NCBI RefSeq assembly: GCF_040383245.1 | Contig: NZ_JBEIDX010000010.1 | Location: 4,387 to 68,386, forward strand | Source: Flavobacterium sp. | GTDB taxonomy: Bacteria; Bacteroidota; Bacteroidia; Flavobacteriales; Flavobacteriaceae | Reading direction: 5' to 3' | DNA length: 64,000 nt | Shown: in pieces, positions 8,901-17,971 of the stretch | How the letters are laid out: each line of letters begins with the position of its first letter | Numbering within the stretch: the stretch's first letter is position 1 | Notes under the pieces: model-generated | What the model was told of the DNA's origin: nothing | Seen by the model: the letters and a program-made list of their open reading frames with translations, nothing else | Database searches by the model: none | Made by a program: the position numbers and the translations under genes

Positions 8901-9665
8901 ATGGAGACCTATATTATTTTATTGCTTTGTTTGGCTTCTTTTTGCGCAGGATTTGTTGATGCTATTGTTGGTGGTGGCGGATTGATTCAAACACCTGTTG
9001 CTCTGGTTTTGTTGCCCAATTTATCTGTTGCTTCAATAATTGGTACCTTAAAAATTCCAGCATTTAGCGGAACTTCATTTGCGGCCAAACAGTATTTGAA
9101 AAAAGTACAAATGAATTGGAAGTTGCTTTCAATAATGGCTGTGCTGTCTTTTGGCGCTGCATTTTTAGGTTCCAATTTATTGACTTTGGTGAGTAATGAT
9201 TTTATGAAACCGCTACTATTAGTGGTGTTGACTTTAATTGCGATTTATACGTTTGCCAAAAAGAATTTTGGCGCCAGCCAAGAGAAAAATTTAACTCCAA
9301 ACAAACAATTACTTCTTGCGGTTGTAATGAGTTTGTGTATTGGTTTTTACGACGGATTTATAGGTCCGGGAACGGGAAGTTTATTGGTGCTTGGTTTTGT
9401 AGCAATTTTAGGTTTCGATTTTTTGCATGCTTCCGCAAATGCCAAAATGGTGAATCTAGCAACCAACTTTGGATCGATTTGTTTGTTTGTTTTAAAAGGG
9501 AAAATCATTTGGACAATTGCAATACCAATGGCATTTTGCAACGCTATTGGCGGTTGGATGGGCGCAAAATTGGCAATTAAAAAAGGAAACGGATTTATTC
9601 GAATCTTCTTTTTAATTATTGTTGTTGCTACCCTTATCCGATTTGGATATGATGTATTTAAATAA
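8901..9665 (+). CDS. TauE/SafE family sulfite exporter-like membrane protein
   Basis: Polytopic membrane protein with duplicated halves; VDAIVGGGGLIQTP and GFYDGFIGPGTGS motifs. Confidence 0.85.
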   Translation: METYIILLLCLASFCAGFVDAIVGGGGLIQTPVALVLLPNLSVASIIGTLKIPAFSGTSFAAKQYLKKVQMNWKLLSIMAVLSFGAAFLGSNLLTLVSNDFMKPLLLVVLTLIAIYTFAKKNFGASQEKNLTPNKQLLLAVVMSLCIGFYDGFIGPGTGSLLVLGFVAILGFDFLHASANAKMVNLATNFGSICLFVLKGKIIWTIAIPMAFCNAIGGWMGAKLAIKKGNGFIRIFFLIIVVATLIRFGYDVFK

Positions 9666-12140
9666 TTATTCTAAAACATTCAGGAATTTCAATCCAAATA
9701 TAATTGCATCTCCTTGGTAGCCATTTTGGTAGGAGCGAACATAGTCCAATCGGAATAATTTTGCTTTTCCAAAACCTAAATTATCCAGACCAATAGTGTA
9801 TTCTTGGTAGGGTTTTCTATCTGGAATAGCTAAATTATGAAAGCCCAAAACCAATTGCGATTGCAGTTTATTCAACAACGGAATTTTATTCATAATGAAT
9901 CCTTGGTCGTTGTGTTCAATATGCGTTTCAAAATATTTAGTATTGGTACTTGCTGAATAATACGGTAAATTATTGAATTGATTAGTGTAAGAATCTGCAC
10001 TTCCAATATGTGTTTGGTTTCCGTTAAAATGTTTGTAGTCTACAAATGCAATGTTTTCACCATTAATAAATTGACCTCCGCTAATATTGATTTTGGTATT
10101 TCCTTTATTGCCTAAAGCAGCTAATTGCTGAATTCTAAACTTAAGCAAACTGTATTCGTATTTCTTATCGGTTGCAGAAAAAGTTTTTTCATAACCTAAA
10201 GAAACAGTAGGATAGGAGTCATTTCCAATATTAAATTTCCCGTCAGGTCTTGTCCAATAGTGTTGCCCAAATTTAATTACAGCAACTACATTTGCTTTCA
10301 TTAAATTGTGTTTTTCAAAAGCAGGAGTACTAAAGTCATCTGGAAGAATTGGGTTATTAGAAGAATAAACATCATCTGTTTTTGTAATACTCTGATCGGT
10401 TGTATTCCATAAAGGTTTTCTTTCGGAGTAATCCAAATTGAAATTCATATTTAAACCGTTAACTAGTTCTCTTCCAAAATTGGCCGAAACAAAATTCTTT
10501 TCATACAATTTCATGAAATTATTCTTGAAAAGTAAACTACTAAAGGTGTTTATGGTATTCGAAATTGGGTTGTTGCTGTTGAATTGAGCAACGCTGCTAC
10601 CTGCATTAATAGACAAGGTGGCATTATTAACCGAATTAAATTTGTGAACATAACTTCCGGTGGCTCTTAATTTCTTTTCAGCTAAGCCGAATTCTATATT
10701 AGAGCTAATTCTAGTGAAGGTTCTTTTTTCTTCTTCTCTTTTTGTATAGGAGATTCCTGAATGAAATTTCCATCCTTGAACCGTATTAAATGAAGTATTT
10801 GATAATAATCCGTCATAATTAATATTCCATTTTTTATAGGAATTCGAATAATTGTAACCCGATATCACATCAAAAACCCTGAATTTATTTCGTTTCGTAT
10901 CTATAGAATCTAAATAGGTCTTTGACTTTTTCTTTGTTTGCAGCACATCCTTTTTCAAGTAATCAGTACTTTCTTCTATTGTTAAAGGAACGGGTCTTAT
11001 TGTATTCCAAAAAGTATCTTCTTTTTTATTGGCGTTTGCTTCAAATTTTAGGACCTCATTGGTAAAGGTTTTCTTTTCTAATTTTTCAGGGAAATCAAAA
11101 TTAGAATATACATAGGTAAATCTACCGCTAATGTTTATTCCAAAAATTCCTGCTTCAAAGTCGAAGGTTTGGGTGTTTTTCGCCCAAATTTTATTGGTGT
11201 TGTTGTAACTAAAACTTTGTTGGATAACCAATTTATTAATTGCAGGATTCCCCATCTGACTGCCTTTAATTGTTAGGTCTACTGCATATATTGCCCAACT
11301 ATCATCTACAATATAGATGTAACCTTCCATTACTGGCTCCGAATCTCGTTTGGCAATAACTTTTATTTTATCAATAATTTTATTGTTTTCATCTACAAAA
11401 GATCCGTCAAATTTATATTTGTAATAATTGAATGCGTTATCAGCAATTGGCGACACTACTTTAGTGTTAAAATCTAAATAATTTTCGTAGAAGTCATAAT
11501 TTACATCGGCTGCATTATTAAAACTAAAACCATTATCCCTTCCGCTAACTTTTGAGGCGATGATGGTTTCTTTCATTTTGTCTGGCTTTTGAAAAGTAAT
11601 TTTAGAAACCGTTTCCGATAAGTATAAAATTCCACTTCTAGTGGAGTCAATCATTTCATCAAAGAAATCTAACTTTTGGCCGAGTATAGTTTTAGGCAAG
11701 TTTTTAACTCTAAAAATTCCTCTCGAGTAAAAGTCGGCATTGTATTTATCGGTTTTTTTTGTGTTTACTTTTTTACTTGCAATAGCATTTTTAATAATTT
11801 CGATGGCGGGATTTACCTTATTACTTATTGCCACATCTTGCAATTGGATTTCCTCTTCTTGTAAAGTAGCATCTAGCGACACAGCAACTTTATCAAACTC
11901 CACTACTTTCTTTTCGGTTTTATAGCCCAAGTACTTATAAAGTATTACATAAGTCCCAGGAATTTTAATATTTAATTCATATTTGCCTTGTTCATTCGAT
12001 GTGGTACTTATATAGGTGTCTTTTACATATATATTAGCAAATGCAATGGGTTTTCCTTTGGAGTCGGTTACAGTACCTTTAACTTGTGCAAAAGAACTAA
12101 TAGAAAAAAATAGAATTAATATAAGAATAGCTTTTTTCAT
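9666..12140 (-). CDS. DUF5686 / carboxypeptidase-regulatory-like domain outer-membrane protein
   Basis: Signal peptide, CarboxypepD_reg-like N-terminus (VKGTVTDSKGKPIAFANIYVKDT), long beta-rich C-terminal region. Confidence 0.75.
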   Translation of the reverse strand: MKKAILILILFFSISSFAQVKGTVTDSKGKPIAFANIYVKDTYISTTSNEQGKYELNIKIPGTYVILYKYLGYKTEKKVVEFDKVAVSLDATLQEEEIQLQDVAISNKVNPAIEIIKNAIASKKVNTKKTDKYNADFYSRGIFRVKNLPKTILGQKLDFFDEMIDSTRSGILYLSETVSKITFQKPDKMKETIIASKVSGRDNGFSFNNAADVNYDFYENYLDFNTKVVSPIADNAFNYYKYKFDGSFVDENNKIIDKIKVIAKRDSEPVMEGYIYIVDDSWAIYAVDLTIKGSQMGNPAINKLVIQQSFSYNNTNKIWAKNTQTFDFEAGIFGINISGRFTYVYSNFDFPEKLEKKTFTNEVLKFEANANKKEDTFWNTIRPVPLTIEESTDYLKKDVLQTKKKSKTYLDSIDTKRNKFRVFDVISGYNYSNSYKKWNINYDGLLSNTSFNTVQGWKFHSGISYTKREEEKRTFTRISSNIEFGLAEKKLRATGSYVHKFNSVNNATLSINAGSSVAQFNSNNPISNTINTFSSLLFKNNFMKLYEKNFVSANFGRELVNGLNMNFNLDYSERKPLWNTTDQSITKTDDVYSSNNPILPDDFSTPAFEKHNLMKANVVAVIKFGQHYWTRPDGKFNIGNDSYPTVSLGYEKTFSATDKKYEYSLLKFRIQQLAALGNKGNTKINISGGQFINGENIAFVDYKHFNGNQTHIGSADSYTNQFNNLPYYSASTNTKYFETHIEHNDQGFIMNKIPLLNKLQSQLVLGFHNLAIPDRKPYQEYTIGLDNLGFGKAKLFRLDYVRSYQNGYQGDAIIFGLKFLNVLE

Positions 12141-12144
12141 AAAA

Positions 12145-12561
12145 TTATAGTAAAAATGATTGTAATGCTAATTCATAGCTTTTTAATCCAAATCCAAGAA
12201 TTACTCCTGATGCATTTGGTGAAATAAAAGATTGATGTCTAAATTCTTCTCTAGCCATAGTGTTTGAAATATGGACTTCAATTACAGGTGTAGTTATTGC
12301 TTTAACCGCATCGCCAATGCCTATAGAAGTGTGGGTGTAGGCTGCGGCATTTAATAGGATTCCATTATATGTAAAACCTACTTCTTGCAGTTTGTTTATT
12401 AGTTCGCCTTCAACATTACTTTGAAAATAGTCTAAATCGATACTTGGAAATTTTTCTTTTAAATAATTGAAATAATCTTCAAAGGATTCGCTTCCGTATA
12501 TTGAAGGTTCTCTTTTACCTAATAGGTTTAAGTTGGGACCATTAATAATAATAACTTTCAT
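12145..12561 (-). CDS. aroQ: type II 3-dehydroquinate dehydratase
   Basis: MKVIIINGPNLNLLGKREPSIYG...NAAAYTHTSIGIGDA...EVHISN. Start set at ATG 12561; the ORF-track extension lacks homology. Confidence 0.95.
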   Translation of the reverse strand: MKVIIINGPNLNLLGKREPSIYGSESFEDYFNYLKEKFPSIDLDYFQSNVEGELINKLQEVGFTYNGILLNAAAYTHTSIGIGDAVKAITTPVIEVHISNTMAREEFRHQSFISPNASGVILGFGLKSYELALQSFLL

Positions 12562-12887
12562 GAAAAATTGATTTTTGTAAAAATAAATAATTTTAAGTAT
12601 AATCATATTAAATAAATCTTAAACTTATTGTGTTTGAATTATGCAATTAGCAATACGACAATTTCATAATTGATTTTATGTATATTATCAAAAAAAATAC
12701 TGCTAGTATTTGTTATTTGATAAATTAAGTTGTTTTTTTAGTTAGTTAGATATTAACCAATTTTTATAAGTTGTTAACAATCTATTTTTTAAATACTTGA
12801 TAAACAATAAATTAACATAATTTTTATAGTTCATTTCTTGTTAATAACTGATTTTTACATGTTGTTAAACTATAATGAAATTGTATT

Positions 12888-12895
12888 TAAATTTG
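12888..12895 (+). promoter_or_regulatory. -7 box TAaaTTTG for OMP gene 1
   Basis: taaatttgccctattaactttaaa, nearly identical to the sequence upstream of OMP gene 2 (13782..). Confidence 0.55.
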
Positions 12896-12924
12896 CCCTA
12901 TTAACTTTAAACAAAAATTTAATT

Positions 12925-13599
12925 ATGAAAAAAATTATTTTAACAGTTGCAGCAGTATTCGCTTTATCGTTTGCTAATGCGCAAGATTTGAAATCTAAAA
13001 AAGGAGAAAACTTTTTACCAGAAGCTGGTGATTGGGCTATCGGATTTAATGCTGATGGTTTGTTTAACTATGCAGGGAATATGTTTAGCCAAGCAGGTAA
13101 TTCTGCACCATCTGTAGATTATCAAACAGCAGGTACTTTTGTAGGTAAGAAATTTACTTCTGCAACCCAAGCTTACAGAGTTATGGCTAATTTTCAAGTA
13201 AATAGTGGTTCTACAACAGATGTTGCAGGTAATAAAGCTACTACTTCTGGATTTGAATTAATGGCAGGTTTAGGAAAAGAGTGGAGAAGAGGTAAAACTC
13301 GTCTTCAAGGTTTCTATGGTGCTGATGCAATGTTACTTGTTTCTACAGGTTCTTCTACTAATGCAGCTGGAGTTGAAACTAAAGACGGAATGAGATTCGG
13401 TATTGGTGCTCAAGGTTTCCTAGGTGCAGAGTACTTCTTATTTCCTAAAATATCTATTGGTGCTCAATACACTTATGGATTAATGATTTCTAGTCAAGCT
13501 GCTTCAGAAGTTGCTGGTGTTAAAACTGGAAATGCAACTTCAGGATTTGATTTAGGTGGTGTTGGAGTTTCTTCTATCAACATGACTTTACATTTCTAA
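12925..13599 (+). CDS. outer-membrane beta-barrel protein (porin-like), paralog 1
   Basis: Signal peptide MKKIILTVAAVFALSFANAQ, alternating beta-strand pattern, C-terminal ...NMTLHF. Start moved from 12838 to the ATG in front of the signal peptide. Confidence 0.8.
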   Translation: MKKIILTVAAVFALSFANAQDLKSKKGENFLPEAGDWAIGFNADGLFNYAGNMFSQAGNSAPSVDYQTAGTFVGKKFTSATQAYRVMANFQVNSGSTTDVAGNKATTSGFELMAGLGKEWRRGKTRLQGFYGADAMLLVSTGSSTNAAGVETKDGMRFGIGAQGFLGAEYFLFPKISIGAQYTYGLMISSQAASEVAGVKTGNATSGFDLGGVGVSSINMTLHF

Positions 13600-13621
13600 G
13601 ATAAGTTAGTTATATCTTAAT

Positions 13622-13652
13622 AACCACTCCAGAAATGGGGTGGTTTTTTTTA
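13622..13652 (+). terminator. intrinsic terminator after OMP gene 1
   Basis: aaccactcc / ggggtggtt stem plus a T-run; near-identical to the terminator at 14398. Confidence 0.8.
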
Positions 13653-13781
13653 TTTCATTAATCTGTTTACATAAAATAAATTAACTAACTGAAAATAAAT
13701 CTTTTTATTTTAAAAATCTTTAATGATATTTTTGTTGATAACTACTTGTTAATAGTAATTGGAATTACCTAGATTAATAGT

Positions 13782-13789
13782 TAAATTTG
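13782..13789 (+). promoter_or_regulatory. -7 box TAaaTTTG for OMP gene 2
   Basis: taaatttgaactattaactttaaa, 28 nt upstream of ATG 13817. Confidence 0.55.
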
Positions 13790-13816
13790 AACTATTAACT
13801 TTAAATAATTTTAAAA

Positions 13817-14377
13817 ATGAAAAAATTTTTTTTAACAGCGGCAGCTGTTTTCGCAATTTCTTTTGCTAATGCACAAGATGTTAAATTTGGAGCAAAAGCT
13901 GGTTTGAACTTAAGTTCATTAGCTAATGCTGAAGGAGCTAAAACTCAAGTTGGTTTCCATTTAGGTGGATATGCAACTATTTCGGTTTCAGATAAATTTG
14001 CTGTTCAACCAGAATTATTGTACTCTGCTCAAGGAGCTAAATTTGACGGTGATGTTAATTATAACTTATCATACATTAACATTCCTGTTATGGCTAAGTT
14101 TTATGTGGCTGATAAATTTAATTTAGAAGCTGGTCCACAAATTGGTCTTTTAATGTCTGCTACAGCTAAATCTTCTGCAGGTTCATTGGATGTAAAAGAA
14201 GGTTATAAAACTATGGATTTTGGATTAAATTTTGGCGCTGGATATGATGTTGCTGAAAACATTAATGTAGGTCTTCGTTATTGCTTAGGTTTATCTCAGT
14301 TAGAAAAAGAATTAGCTTCTGGAGAAACTGCAACAAAAAACACTAACATTCAATTGAGTTTAGGTTACAGATTCTAA
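13817..14377 (+). CDS. outer-membrane beta-barrel protein (OMP_b-brl_2-like), paralog 2
   Basis: Signal peptide MKKFFLTAAAVFAISFANAQ, FGAKAGLNLSSL start typical of small 8-stranded barrels, C-terminal LSLGYRF. Confidence 0.85.
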   Translation: MKKFFLTAAAVFAISFANAQDVKFGAKAGLNLSSLANAEGAKTQVGFHLGGYATISVSDKFAVQPELLYSAQGAKFDGDVNYNLSYINIPVMAKFYVADKFNLEAGPQIGLLMSATAKSSAGSLDVKEGYKTMDFGLNFGAGYDVAENINVGLRYCLGLSQLEKELASGETATKNTNIQLSLGYRF

Positions 14378-14397
14378 TCTTTGATAGTTAAATTTAT

Positions 14398-14428
14398 AAA
14401 CCACTCTAGAAATAGTGTGGTTTTTTTT
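14398..14428 (+). terminator. intrinsic terminator after OMP gene 2
   Basis: ccactcta / tagtgtgg stem (one mismatch) plus a T8 run. Confidence 0.75.
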
Positions 14429-14457
14429 ATTGCTTCTTTTCTCGTTACTTTGTAAGT

Positions 14458-15354
14458 ATGAATTGGAGCACTTATTTAAAAAGTTACCAGTCTTTCCTTA
14501 AAATTGAAAGAGGACTGTCTAAAAACACCATAGCCAACTATTCCCTAGATATAGAGAAGTTGTGTTTATATTTAGAGCAAAATGCTTTAGCTATTTCTCC
14601 TATTAAAATTACAGAAGAAACTATTCAGCAGTTTATTTATGCTATTTCTAAAGAAGTTAATGCACGATCGCAAGCCCGAATCATTTCTGGTTTAAAAAGC
14701 TTCTTTTCTTATTTGATATTTGAAGATTATCGAACCGATAGTCCAATGGAGCTTATAGAGGCGCCGCGTTTGGGTAGAAAATTACCAGACACCCTTTCGG
14801 TTCAAGATATCGATAATTTAATCGCTGCAATCGATTTGTCGAAAAACGAAGGCGAGCGTAATAGAGCCATAATAGAAACTTTGTATGGCTGTGGATTACG
14901 GGTTTCCGAATTGGTTTCTTTAAAAATATCCGATTTATTTTTTGACGAAGGTTTTATTAAAATCACCGGAAAAGGGGATAAGCAGCGCTTTGTTCCTATA
15001 AGTGAAGTAACCCAGAAATACATCTTACTTTATCGAAATTTAATTCGGAGTCAACTTCAAATTCAAAAAGGATTTGAAGATACTTTGTTTCTCAATCGTC
15101 GAGGCAAACAATTAACGCGCGCAATGATTTTTACAATTATTAAAGAGCTTGCCGTTGCTATTAATCTAAACAAAGTAATAAGTCCGCATACTTTGCGTCA
15201 TTCGTTTGCTACACATTTACTTGAGAATGGTGCCGATTTGCGATCTATTCAGCTATTATTAGGCCATGAATCGATTACTACAACTGAAATTTACGTGCAT
15301 TTAGATAGAAAACACCTCACGCAAATTGTAAATACGTATCACCCTAGAAAATAA
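14458..15354 (+). CDS. xerD: site-specific tyrosine recombinase XerD
   Basis: SAM-like N-domain plus catalytic R...HTLRHSFATHLL...LLGH...Y. About 298 aa, typical XerD size. Confidence 0.9.
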   Translation: MNWSTYLKSYQSFLKIERGLSKNTIANYSLDIEKLCLYLEQNALAISPIKITEETIQQFIYAISKEVNARSQARIISGLKSFFSYLIFEDYRTDSPMELIEAPRLGRKLPDTLSVQDIDNLIAAIDLSKNEGERNRAIIETLYGCGLRVSELVSLKISDLFFDEGFIKITGKGDKQRFVPISEVTQKYILLYRNLIRSQLQIQKGFEDTLFLNRRGKQLTRAMIFTIIKELAVAINLNKVISPHTLRHSFATHLLENGADLRSIQLLLGHESITTTEIYVHLDRKHLTQIVNTYHPRK

Positions 15355-15383
15355 AAAAAGCTTGTCAAACGACAAGCTTTTCT
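15354..15383. terminator. bidirectional terminator between xerD and rny
   Basis: aagcttgtc aaac gacaagctt perfect hairpin flanked by A- and T-runs. Confidence 0.8.
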
Positions 15384-15402
15384 ATATAATAAAGAGCAAC
15401 TA

Positions 15403-16965
15403 TTACTTAGCGATATTAACCGCTCTAGTTTCTCTAATTACGGTAATTTTCACCTGACCAGGGTAGGTCATTTCAGTTTGTATTTTTTGAGAAATTTCAA
15501 ACGACAGGTTAGAAGCCATATCGTCATTTACTTTTTCACTTTCTACAATAACACGCAATTCACGACCCGCTTGAATAGCATAGGCGTTTTTAACTCCGTT
15601 AAATCCGAAAGCAATTTCTTCAAGATCTTTTAATCTTTGAATGTAAGAATCCAATACTTGTCTTCTTGCACCAGGTCTTGCACCAGAAATAGCATCACAA
15701 ACTTGAATGATTGGAGAAATTAAGTATTTCATTTCAATTTCGTCGTGGTGTGCTCCAATAGCGTTACATACTTCTTCTTTCTCGCCATATTTTTCAGCCC
15801 ATTGCATTCCTAATAATGCGTGTGGTAAATCACTTTCTGCATCAGGCACTTTTCCAATATCGTGAAGTAAACCAGCACGTTTAGCTAGTTTTACATTCAG
15901 CCCAAGTTCAGCAGCCATGATTCCGCAAAGTTTAGAAACTTCGCGAGAGTGTTGCAATAAGTTTTGACCATAAGAAGAACGGTATTTCATTCTACCAACC
16001 GTTTTGATAAGCTCTGGGTGTAAACCATGAATACCTAAATCAATTACAGTTCGTTTTCCAACTTCCACAATTTCTTCTTCGATTTGTTTGGTTGTTTTAG
16101 CTACTACTTCTTCAATACGTGCCGGGTGAATACGACCGTCTGTAACTAATTTATGTAAGGATAATCTTGCAATTTCTCTTCTAACAGGATCAAAGCAAGA
16201 AAGGATAATTGCTTCAGGTGTGTCGTCTACAATAATTTCAACTCCAGTTGCTGCTTCAAGGGCGCGAATGTTTCTACCTTCACGTCCAATAATTCTACCT
16301 TTCACATCATCCGATTCGATATTGAAAACAGAAACGCAATTTTCAACTGCCTCTTCTGTTCCTACACGCTGAATGGTGTTAATGATAACTTTTTTAGCTT
16401 CTTGTTGTGCGGTAAGTTTGGCTTCTTCTATGGTATCTTGAATGTGTGCCATTGCTTTGGTTTTGGCCTCCGCTTTCAAACTTTCAACCAATTGTTCTTT
16501 TGCATCTTCAGCAGATAAACCTGAAATAACTTCAAGTTGCTCCACCTGGCTTTTGTGCATTTTCTCAATTTCCTGTTGCTTTTTATTTAGTACTTCAAGT
16601 TTCGATTCATACTCTGCTGTTTTCGCTTCATAATCATCGTTTACTTTTTTAGCTTTAGCTAATTCACTAGAAACTTGAGATTCTTTATCTCGAATTCTTT
16701 TTTCGACTTCGGCCATTCTTTTGTCCTTAGCTAAAATCTCCTTTTCATGTTCCGATTTTAATTCTAAAAACTTTTCTTTAGCTTGAAGTAATTTGTCTTT
16801 TTTAATATTTTCGCCTTCAAGATTTGCATCTTTTAATATTGATGCTGCGTCTTTTTTTGCGTTTTTTAGTAGGTTGGATGCGGTGCTTTTTTCCAATACT
16901 TTCGTTATTGTAAATCCGCCGGCTAATCCACCTACCATTCCGATAATTATAGATACTATATCCAT
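15403..16965 (-). CDS. rny: ribonuclease Y
   Basis: N-terminal TM helix, long coiled coil, KH domain ([15 protein letters not shown]), HD domain (LLHDIGK). Confidence 0.96.
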   Translation of the reverse strand: MDIVSIIIGMVGGLAGGFTITKVLEKSTASNLLKNAKKDAASILKDANLEGENIKKDKLLQAKEKFLELKSEHEKEILAKDKRMAEVEKRIRDKESQVSSELAKAKKVNDDYEAKTAEYESKLEVLNKKQQEIEKMHKSQVEQLEVISGLSAEDAKEQLVESLKAEAKTKAMAHIQDTIEEAKLTAQQEAKKVIINTIQRVGTEEAVENCVSVFNIESDDVKGRIIGREGRNIRALEAATGVEIIVDDTPEAIILSCFDPVRREIARLSLHKLVTDGRIHPARIEEVVAKTTKQIEEEIVEVGKRTVIDLGIHGLHPELIKTVGRMKYRSSYGQNLLQHSREVSKLCGIMAAELGLNVKLAKRAGLLHDIGKVPDAESDLPHALLGMQWAEKYGEKEEVCNAIGAHHDEIEMKYLISPIIQVCDAISGARPGARRQVLDSYIQRLKDLEEIAFGFNGVKNAYAIQAGRELRVIVESEKVNDDMASNLSFEISQKIQTEMTYPGQVKITVIRETRAVNIAK

Positions 16966-16987
16966 GTTTTGATTTAAAAAATTATAT

Positions 16988-17150
16988 AAAAAAACCTACA
17001 TTAATTGCTTGTATAAACTCGATAAGACAAGTTTTGAGTTAACTCGTTGTTCAAGTTTCCCACATAAAGCGGGCATACTATAGTAACGATGATTCACTCA
17101 TTTTAATTTGTTAGTGTTGAGTTTACCAAAAATGAACTAATGTAGGCAGT
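16988..17150 (-). ncRNA. candidate structured small RNA (6S-like?) or structured rny leader between zapA and rny
   Basis: 224-nt gap with no ORF. 16995-17006 pairs with 17135-17146 (12 bp on the minus strand, including one G-U). An inner helix pairs 17014-17020 with 17119-17125. U7 follows the 3' arm on the minus strand. Strand and identity are not proven. Confidence 0.4.
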
Positions 17151-17189
17151 ATTTTTAGTCTATTTGTAAGAACGTATTTTTTTGAAATA

Positions 17190-17480
17190 TTATTTTAGAT
17201 ATTGATCTAATAACTCATTCATTTTTGTCAATCGCGCGATAGATTCTGTTCCATCTATTGCATTATCCACATTTTTTTGTTCTAATTGAGAAGCAAATTG
17301 TAGGGCGCACATTGCCAAAACATCTTGTTTATCACGAACAGCATAGTTTTCTTCGAATTGCTTTATCATATTATCAATTTTTTTCGAAGCACTACGCATA
17401 GCTTCTTCTTGAGAAGGGTCTACCGTTAATGGATAAACTCTATCTGCAATTGATAATTTAATTTTAAGCTTTTCATTCAT
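17190..17480 (-). CDS. zapA: cell division protein ZapA
   Basis: About 96 aa. IKLSIADRVYPLTVDPSQEE...VRDKQDVLAMCALQFA matches the ZapA family. Confidence 0.88.
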   Translation of the reverse strand: MNEKLKIKLSIADRVYPLTVDPSQEEAMRSASKKIDNMIKQFEENYAVRDKQDVLAMCALQFASQLEQKNVDNAIDGTESIARLTKMNELLDQYLK

Positions 17481-17484
17481 AGTT

Positions 17485-17775
17485 TTAATCTGCTATCTGT
17501 GAAATACAGTAATCTATCTCTCTAATTAATGAATTTATTTTAAGCTTCGTATCTCTTTTATAATCTTCACTGCCAAGTAGTGAATTAGTTATTTTTAAAG
17601 TTTCAACATCTTTTTTTAGTTGCTCAATAACTAAATTCTGATTTTGATTTGACCCCACTGAAATAGTTAGTTGTTTTTCTAACTCTTGCTTTTTTTGTTC
17701 TAAACTGTTTATTTTCAAAAACAATTTTTGAATTTTATTTTCAAGAGTATCTATTATTTCGGTGATTTCACTCAT
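17485..17775 (-). CDS. coiled-coil protein of unknown function (upstream partner of zapA)
   Basis: Heptad-rich sequence, 4 nt from zapA. The ORF-track start 17784 is GTG; ATG at 17775 is preferred. Confidence 0.6.
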   Translation of the reverse strand: MSEITEIIDTLENKIQKLFLKINSLEQKKQELEKQLTISVGSNQNQNLVIEQLKKDVETLKITNSLLGSEDYKRDTKLKINSLIREIDYCISQIAD

Positions 17776-17971
17776 CTGTAACACTATTCATTACTTAATC
17801 TTACAAATTTATAATTCCTATTCTATTAAAGCAATATTTTTTGCTAAAAAAAATATTTATTTTTGGTTTGCAGGCTAACATTTTGTAAAATAACTACTTG
17901 TAAAATAGTTTTGGTCTAATTTTTTTGTATCTTTCTTATTTCGTAAATTAGCCAAATAGCAACTTTTTTAA

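Noticed and set aside
12562-12924. N-terminal extensions offered by the ORF track (aroQ to 12606, OMP-1 from 12838; likewise hup to 556 and DUF493 from 6417)
   Set aside because: The extensions lack homology, precede obvious native N-termini or signal peptides, and in three cases would include or precede the predicted -7 promoter box.
14458-15354. Tyrosine recombinase as the integrase of a genomic island (with the OMP pair as cargo)
   Set aside because: Its length and motifs fit chromosomal XerD. There is no tRNA target, no direct repeats and no other mobility genes, and the neighbours on the other side are core genes (rny).
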